Assembly (NCBI GenBank): GCA_021850805.1
Contig: JAJZKO010000003.1
Span: forward strand, 8,246-72,245
Reading direction: 5' to 3'
DNA: 64,000 nt
DNA from: Candidatus Micrarchaeota archaeon
Lineage (GTDB): Archaea; Micrarchaeota; Micrarchaeia; Micrarchaeales; CABMGC01
The translations under genes and the position numbers were made by a program. The notes below the pieces were generated by a model that was given only the letters and a program-made list of their open reading frames with translations, searched no databases and was not told the origin of the DNA. Below are positions 27,614 through 32,852 of the stretch, in pieces. Each line of letters opens with the position of its first letter. The first letter of the stretch is position 1.

Positions 27614-28818
27614 TCTATTATCCCTATGCCTGCGAACCTTCCTGAATCATAAAGCAGGAATCTTCCCATCTCCGGACATTCAATAGCACTCTCTATAATA
27701 GTACTTTCCAAAAGCCTAATCTTTGCCTTCCCAGTGCCTAATGGCTTTATCGAGTGCGCTTCCTTGATCCTTCCGCTCTTTAAATCAACCTCGCCGAATA
27801 CCGCAACATCTGCCATAAGCTCAGAGCCATTCATCCTAAGTTGCACTTTTTTAGGAATCTTCTCTACAGAGAACACCATTGCATTAAATTCGGTACCGCA
27901 CCGCGGGTTGCTCTCCAGATCAAATCCTACACACCCACGCGTTGCATGTGCCCCAAAGATTTCCAGCGCCACATTCTGCCCTTCAGAAGCGGTGCGCATC
28001 TCCTTTCCTTTGACATATATAGAATTAACTACTGCGTTTCTTCCAACAGGCATAATTCGTATCTTCTGCCCTCTCTGCAACCTTCCGTTTACTATCTTTC
28101 CAGTATACAGCGTCTTTCTTCCGCTCTTTATGGTGCCCTGAAACAGGAGCCTCAGCCCATTACTGCTTCTCTTTTTAGCAGATGCCGCTTCGTAGACAAG
28201 CTCCATAAGTGGCTTGCCTACGTACCACCTTATACGTGCAGAGCGCTTTACAAGATTGTCTGCATTGTAAGCAGATATAGGGACAAAAACTACAGAACCA
28301 GGCTCAAATCCGATATTCGTGCAGAACCCATTTACAGCATCCATAATAAGCTCAAACTTCTCCTTTTTGTATGCAACAGCATCCATCTTGTTTACTGCAA
28401 CTACTACCCTGCTTATCCCCAGCAGCTTAGCCAGCATAAGGTGCCTTCTTGTCTGCTCAGTTATTCCCTCCCCATCCTTTGCAGATACCATGAGCACGGC
28501 AAAATCGCCATAGGATGCGCCGCTTATCATATTGCCTATGAGCTCTTCGTGACCCGGAACGTCTATGAATTCGAACGCAGCATCCTTGTAAGTGATCTGT
28601 GCCCTTGTGGTGTCTATTGTCAATCCACCTTCACGCTCCTCCTCAAAACTATCCAGTATAAAACCGGGCTCAAAGTTCCTTCCCAGCTTCCTGCTCACAT
28701 TTTTTGCCTCTTCAATCCGCTGTTTCGTAGCAGACCCCGTTGCTATCAGAAGGCTTCCTATTAAAGTAGATTTGCCATGATCCTTATTTCCCAGGAGGGT
28801 AACCCTTTTGATATCCAA
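27610..28818 (-). CDS. CysN/EF-1alpha-family translational-type GTPase (probable sulfate adenylyltransferase subunit 1-like); no APS-kinase domain
   Basis: G1 GNKDHGKST, LDSFEEEREGGLTID, G3 DVPGHEE, G4 NKMD, then two beta-barrel domains ending GRFLLYDSGRFAGIGIID. It uses a TTG start 8 nt after the cysD-like stop. Confidence 0.65.
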   Translation of the reverse strand: MDIKRVTLLGNKDHGKSTLIGSLLIATGSATKQRIEEAKNVSRKLGRNFEPGFILDSFEEEREGGLTIDTTRAQITYKDAAFEFIDVPGHEELIGNMISGASYGDFAVLMVSAKDGEGITEQTRRHLMLAKLLGISRVVVAVNKMDAVAYKKEKFELIMDAVNGFCTNIGFEPGSVVFVPISAYNADNLVKRSARIRWYVGKPLMELVYEAASAKKRSSNGLRLLFQGTIKSGRKTLYTGKIVNGRLQRGQKIRIMPVGRNAVVNSIYVKGKEMRTASEGQNVALEIFGAHATRGCVGFDLESNPRCGTEFNAMVFSVEKIPKKVQLRMNGSELMADVAVFGEVDLKSGRIKEAHSIKPLGTGKAKIRLLESTIIESAIECPEMGRFLLYDSGRFAGIGIID

Positions 28819-28826
28819 GCGAGCAC

Positions 28827-29615
28827 CTACATATACCCAAGAGCTCTCAGCTTCTCCATGACATATGCTTTTTCCTTGTCCTGCTCTCTCCCTGCCCTCT
28901 CTTCAGTCTCTGTTACCTTAAGTTCGTCCATTATCTGCCTTATGCTCTTCGCATTCGACTTTACAGGTACGGTGCAGTGCGTGCATCCCAGGCTCCTGTA
29001 CCTGTATCCGTTGCTTGAATAATAAAGCGGGTTCACTGGTACCTTCATCTTCATTGTATATTGCCATATATCTATCTCATTCCAATCAAGTATAGGATGA
29101 ACGCGTACGTGGCCCTTCGTATCCATCTTCGATGAATAATTGTTCCAAAGCTCTGCAGGCTGATCTTTGTAATTCCACTTGAACTCAGTGTCCCTCGGGC
29201 TAAAATACCTTTCCTTGGCCCGTATCCCATGTTCATCCCTGCGTATTGATACAATAAGTGCATCAAATCCATGTTCCTTCATCACTTCCTTCAGCGCGTC
29301 CGTCTTGTTTGATCCGCAACAGCTAAATCCCGAGAGCTCGGGCTTTATTCTGCTCTTCGCAACTATCAGATCCAGATTCCATTTTTTAGCGAGATCATCC
29401 CTGAACTTATATGTTTCGGGGAAGTCTATGCCATTGTCTATGTGTATCACTGGAAAAGGCACCTTTCCAAGAAATGCCCTGCGCGCAATCATTATCATTG
29501 CCGTTGAATCCTTGCCGCCAGACCACAGCGCAGCAACATTCCCAAACTTCTCCTTTGTCTCGCGTATTATATACGCGCTTTTCTCTTCCAGATTGCCTAT
29601 ATCCTGCATTATCAT
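28827..29615 (-). CDS. cysD: CysD-like PP-loop ATP pyrophosphatase (sulfate adenylyltransferase subunit 2 family)
   Basis: PP-loop ALWSGGKDS, IRRDEHGIRAKERYFSPRD, ELWNNY, DIWQY, YRSLGC and the C-terminal ERAGR…VMEKLRALGYM. It is collinear with E. coli CysD (…ERQGR…SMELKKRQGYF, from memory). Confidence 0.8.
   Translation of the reverse strand: MIMQDIGNLEEKSAYIIRETKEKFGNVAALWSGGKDSTAMIMIARRAFLGKVPFPVIHIDNGIDFPETYKFRDDLAKKWNLDLIVAKSRIKPELSGFSCCGSNKTDALKEVMKEHGFDALIVSIRRDEHGIRAKERYFSPRDTEFKWNYKDQPAELWNNYSSKMDTKGHVRVHPILDWNEIDIWQYTMKMKVPVNPLYYSSNGYRYRSLGCTHCTVPVKSNAKSIRQIMDELKVTETEERAGREQDKEKAYVMEKLRALGYM
28833..28862. repeat. 30-nt repeat, copy 1 (3' end of the cysD-like gene)
   Basis: ATACCCAAGAGCTCTCAGCTTCTCCATGAC (plus strand) is 29/30 identical to 29916-29945. 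Confidence 0.9.
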
Positions 29616-29903
29616 TCAATCCACCTTATTCATGTTTGAGAGCCCCTTGAGGTAAATCAGGGCGCCCTCGAAGTTCTTCCCGTCCCTTACTGCAACAGGA
29701 ACCTTCGAAACAAGCTTTTTCTTCGAGTCGTAAAGCTCTACATAAGACTTGTTCATGTCATCAGCCTTCCGGAGCCCATGCTCAAAGACAACGCGATAAT
29801 ACCTTATGCTGGAGCTGCCGAGCTTCTTCCGGAACCTATCCCAGTTCCTTACATCGTTGACAGACCATAACGAATCAACTATATTATCAATTTCCTTAAC
29901 CAT
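29616..29903 (-). CDS. hypothetical 95-aa protein (no Cys, no recognisable family)
   Basis: The ORF exactly fills the space between the RHH stop (29904) and the cysD-like start (29615) with zero-nt spacers on both sides. Confidence 0.5.
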   Translation of the reverse strand: MVKEIDNIVDSLWSVNDVRNWDRFRKKLGSSSIRYYRVVFEHGLRKADDMNKSYVELYDSKKKLVSKVPVAVRDGKNFEGALIYLKGLSNMNKVD

Positions 29904-30131
29904 TCAGTCACCCAAATACCCAAGAGCCCTCAGCTTCTCCATGACTGTGCTATTCTGCTTTGCTCCACCGCGCTTCTCCATCTCAAGTTCTGCTACAGTC
30001 TCACGCAAGACATACGTAGCGTAGTCTGAGACTGATGAGAAGCCTGTCTTGCCTATGAGCCTCTCTATATTATCGAACAGTGCAGTCGGTATTGTTATTG
30101 TTGTATACTTCCTTTTTGCATGTGCCGCCAA
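29904..30131 (-). CDS. ribbon-helix-helix (CopG/Arc-like) DNA-binding protein with a CysD-like C-terminal tail
   Basis: RHH core KYTTITIPTALFDNIERLIGKTGFSSVSDYATYVLRETV, tail …EMEKRGGAKQNSTVMEKLRALGYLGD. The TTG at 30131 is the preferred start because the TATA box and palindrome lie inside the longer ATG(30212) ORF. Confidence 0.6.
   Translation of the reverse strand: MAAHAKRKYTTITIPTALFDNIERLIGKTGFSSVSDYATYVLRETVAELEMEKRGGAKQNSTVMEKLRALGYLGD
29916..29945. repeat. 30-nt repeat, copy 2 (3' end of the RHH gene)
   Basis: ATACCCAAGAGCCCTCAGCTTCTCCATGAC. Both copies encode VMEKLRALGY on the minus strand. Confidence 0.9.
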
Positions 30132-30147
30132 GATATCACGAATGTAA

Positions 30148-30167
30148 TTTAATGTTGTAACATTAAA
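30148..30167. promoter_or_regulatory. perfect 20-bp palindrome (9-bp arms, 2-bp spacer), candidate RHH operator
   Basis: TTTAATGTT-GT-AACATTAAA. It lies between the TATA-like element and the expected transcription start of the RHH/cysDN-like operon. Confidence 0.45.
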
Positions 30168-30176
30168 ATATAAAAA
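30165..30176 (-). promoter_or_regulatory. TATA-like element of the RHH/cysDN-like operon
   Basis: The minus strand reads CCTTTTTATATTTT. The core lies about 25 nt upstream of the palindrome's distal edge and about 43 nt upstream of the TTG at 30131. Confidence 0.4.
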
Positions 30177-30195
30177 GGCTCCTGTCAGCAGGCTT

Positions 30196-30226
30196 TGTGT
30201 AAAAAGTGCCATGTATGTGTAAAAAG
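30196..30226. repeat. two direct copies of TGTGTAAAAAG spaced 20 bp apart, upstream of the RHH promoter
   Basis: The copies lie at 30196-30206 and 30216-30226, two helical turns apart. Confidence 0.6.
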
Positions 30227-30520
30227 CGGCGATTTTTACCTACTTGCCATCAAGACATAGTTGGTTCATGCCTCATCAATGCCTGTCGCATGCTAATGCA
30301 AATTTCGCCTAATCAGATACTAATCGCGGCAGACATCATCACATCGACCTATAATCATGGGTCATCGTGCCCCAGCCCTATCATCTATCTGCCGCAGGCT
30401 AAGGCAGTAATGTATGCAACTGAATGTTTTTAAGCCTAGGCAACCTGCTCATGCTGGAAACGGTTATAAAATACCGCGCGTTGATACTCTACTGTAAGTC
30501 ATTTTCAGAAGGCTGGAACC

Positions 30521-32239
30521 ATGAAAATCCTTGAGATGGATGTCGAGGGCATACACGCAGATTACCTGAAGCCTGAGATAAGCGTGTACGATAAAATAAT
30601 GACCAAAAGCATAGAATCGGCAGACGCTCTTGTCCTTTTCACATGTATCGAAGAGGGCGATACGCAGGAAATTGCAAGGGAAGCAATGGAGGACGCGATA
30701 AAGTTTATGGACACACTGAAAAGAAAGACCATCGTGCTCTATCCGTTTGCACATCTGAGCACAAACCTCGCTCCTCCTAAGCGAGCATCAGAGTTACTGG
30801 ATTATATGCTCTCAATAGTTCCTGAAAGATACGAATCAAAAAAAGCCGCATTCGGATGGAACAAGAAACTGAAGCTGGAGATGAAGGGCCATCCTCTTGC
30901 AGAGAGGCTGAGATCATTTCCGAGATCCGAGCGCGCTACAAATGAGTCGCTTGCCGTAAGGAAAGAAGAGGAACCAGGATGGGAGCAGATGATGGCACGC
31001 ATAAAAAAGAGCGATTTCAGCGGGCTGCCAGAGACAGACCACAGGGTAATAGGCGAGAGGCTTGAGCTGTTCAGCTTCCAAGAAGTGTCACCAGGGATGG
31101 TATACTGGCACAACAAAGGCGTTATACTGAGGGAAATACTGATTAGCTTTATACGAAGCGAGTTATCCAAGAGGTCATATCTCGAGGTAAGCACTCCGGC
31201 TCTTGCAAACACTGTGCTATGGCGTGTCAGCGGCCATTGGGATCACTATAAAGATAATATGTTTGTAACTAATATAGGTGACGAGGAATTCGGGCTAAAG
31301 CCGATGAACTGTCCATCAGCATTCCTTTTCTACAAGACGAAGAAATGGAGCTACAGGGACCTCCCACTGCGGGTTGCCGATTTTGACCAGCTCTACAGGA
31401 ATGAGCGCAGCGGCGTAGCAAGTGGGCTATTCAGGGTAAAGATACTGACACAGGACGATGCACACGTATTCTGCAGCGAAGAACAGATAGAGGCAGTAAT
31501 ATCGGAAATACTGGAGATGGTGAAGCTCATGTACGGTATATTCGGCCTAGAATACAAGGTAAAGCTCTCTACGATGCCCGATAGCCACATAGGCAGCGAG
31601 AAGCAGTGGGAAGAAGCAACAAGAAAGCTCTCAAGCTCAATGGAAAAGGCGGCCCTCAAGTATGAGATAAAGGACAAGGAGGGGGCATTCTACGGACCAA
31701 AGATAGACATTGACATACGCGACAGCATAGGCAGGGAGTGGCAATGCGCTACAATACAGCTTGATTACCAGATGCCTGCAAGGTTCGGCCTGGTCTACTC
31801 CGGCGCAGACGGCAAGGAGCACACGCCTATAACTGTCCACAGGGTTATTTATGGGTCGCTGGAGCGTTTCATAGGCATAATGCTGGAGCATTACAAGGGA
31901 AAACTGCCAACATGGCTCTCACCTGTGCAGGTAAAAGTCTTATCTATATCAGAACAGCTTAATCAGCACGCTTCGAAAATACATGAGAGGTTTGTAGCAG
32001 CGGGAGTACGTGCAGAGCTTGACGTATCAGACAAGACGCTAGAATATAAGATAAGGTCTGCAAAGCTGCAGGAGATACCTTACGTATTAATAATCGGAAA
32101 GAAGGAAGAGCAGGCCGGCCTCGTATCAATCAGGGGCAGAGACGGCAAGCAAAAAAATATGATAAGTGTGGAGTCTGTCATAGAAGAGGTACTCGAAGAA
32201 TCCAGATCAAAGTCCCAGGATCTTTCTGCCGCTTCATAA
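30521..32239 (+). CDS. thrS: threonyl-tRNA synthetase (archaeal type with N-terminal DTD-like editing domain)
   Basis: Editing domain …IVLYPFAHLS…, class II core …FGLKPMNCP…YRNERSG…FRVKILTQDDAHVF…GPKIDI…, and an anticodon-binding C-terminus. Confidence 0.9.
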   Translation: MKILEMDVEGIHADYLKPEISVYDKIMTKSIESADALVLFTCIEEGDTQEIAREAMEDAIKFMDTLKRKTIVLYPFAHLSTNLAPPKRASELLDYMLSIVPERYESKKAAFGWNKKLKLEMKGHPLAERLRSFPRSERATNESLAVRKEEEPGWEQMMARIKKSDFSGLPETDHRVIGERLELFSFQEVSPGMVYWHNKGVILREILISFIRSELSKRSYLEVSTPALANTVLWRVSGHWDHYKDNMFVTNIGDEEFGLKPMNCPSAFLFYKTKKWSYRDLPLRVADFDQLYRNERSGVASGLFRVKILTQDDAHVFCSEEQIEAVISEILEMVKLMYGIFGLEYKVKLSTMPDSHIGSEKQWEEATRKLSSSMEKAALKYEIKDKEGAFYGPKIDIDIRDSIGREWQCATIQLDYQMPARFGLVYSGADGKEHTPITVHRVIYGSLERFIGIMLEHYKGKLPTWLSPVQVKVLSISEQLNQHASKIHERFVAAGVRAELDVSDKTLEYKIRSAKLQEIPYVLIIGKKEEQAGLVSIRGRDGKQKNMISVESVIEEVLEESRSKSQDLSAAS

Positions 32240-32348
32240 GCGCAAGCCCAGCACCAATCATCAATAATTCGTTAATCAACGAATATACTGGTGGATTGCG
32301 CTTGTATTTAAAATACTTTTTAGGTAAGTATTAAATATCGGTGGAAAA

Positions 32349-32750
32349 ATGGTAGGTGTGAAAAATACGCGAAAATTATCGGCTGCTAGCCCAAGGGCTT
32401 TTTACATGGAGCTTCTGGGAAGCATAATATACATGGTACTTGCATTTGCTGTTACTGGATTCGCAGCCAGTGCGGGTTCATATGCGAATACGCAATGGAA
32501 CGGGGCTGGGGCTCTGTGGCTGCCTGTACTGTATGCCGGTGCCATAGTGAGTGCTATAGCTCTATTCTTCCTGAGCTTTGCAAATGCAGGGGAGTTCAAC
32601 AATACGCATCCTAAGAAGACATATGTATTCTCGCTTGTAGGTGGATTCTCCTTGATTGCACTGACCTTCAATTCATCGCTATTTCTGGGTGCGATAATAG
32701 GATTCGTCCTTGCATTTGTAGGTGTGCTATCAGAAGAAAGGGCTGAGTAA
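32349..32750 (+). CDS. small membrane protein (4 TM)
   Basis: 133 aa with four hydrophobic helices. No family recognised. Confidence 0.45.
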   Translation: MVGVKNTRKLSAASPRAFYMELLGSIIYMVLAFAVTGFAASAGSYANTQWNGAGALWLPVLYAGAIVSAIALFFLSFANAGEFNNTHPKKTYVFSLVGGFSLIALTFNSSLFLGAIIGFVLAFVGVLSEERAE

Positions 32751-32766
32751 TAAATTGTTTTGTATT

Positions 32767-32802
32767 GGCGGTTCTCCTTAAAATCTGAGGACCGCCATTT
32801 TT
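32767..32802 (+). terminator. hairpin plus T5 run between convergent genes
   Basis: GGCGGTTCTC pairs with GAGGACCGCC (10 bp including one G-U) around a 10-nt loop, followed by ATTTTTG. Confidence 0.45.
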
Positions 32803-32852
32803 GCTTATAAAAAATCCAGTTTCTAGCCTATGCAAAGAAGCCGCAATAGAAG

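Noticed and set aside
27841-28764. A 307-aa plus-strand ORF, plus 27734..28141.
   Set aside because: Both are antisense to the CysN-like GTPase with intact G-motifs and represent shadow frames.
27610-28818. Calling the GTPase a second aEF-1alpha or SelB-like translation factor.
   Set aside because: Its tight coupling to a bona fide CysD-like gene, GHE in G3 and ERE-G-TID after G2 favour CysN-like identity. Without phylogeny this remains only moderately confident.
30206-30433. A Cys-rich 75-aa plus-strand ORF in the RHH/thrS intergenic gap.
   Set aside because: It has no promoter-like element at the right distance, its composition is odd and it starts inside the divergent RHH promoter. It is kept only as part of the unexplained-gap finding.
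32238-32303. Whether the post-thrS hairpin could be a tRNA.
   Set aside because: It is a single extended hairpin of about 66 nt. It has no cloverleaf, no T-loop GTTCRA motif and no D-arm.
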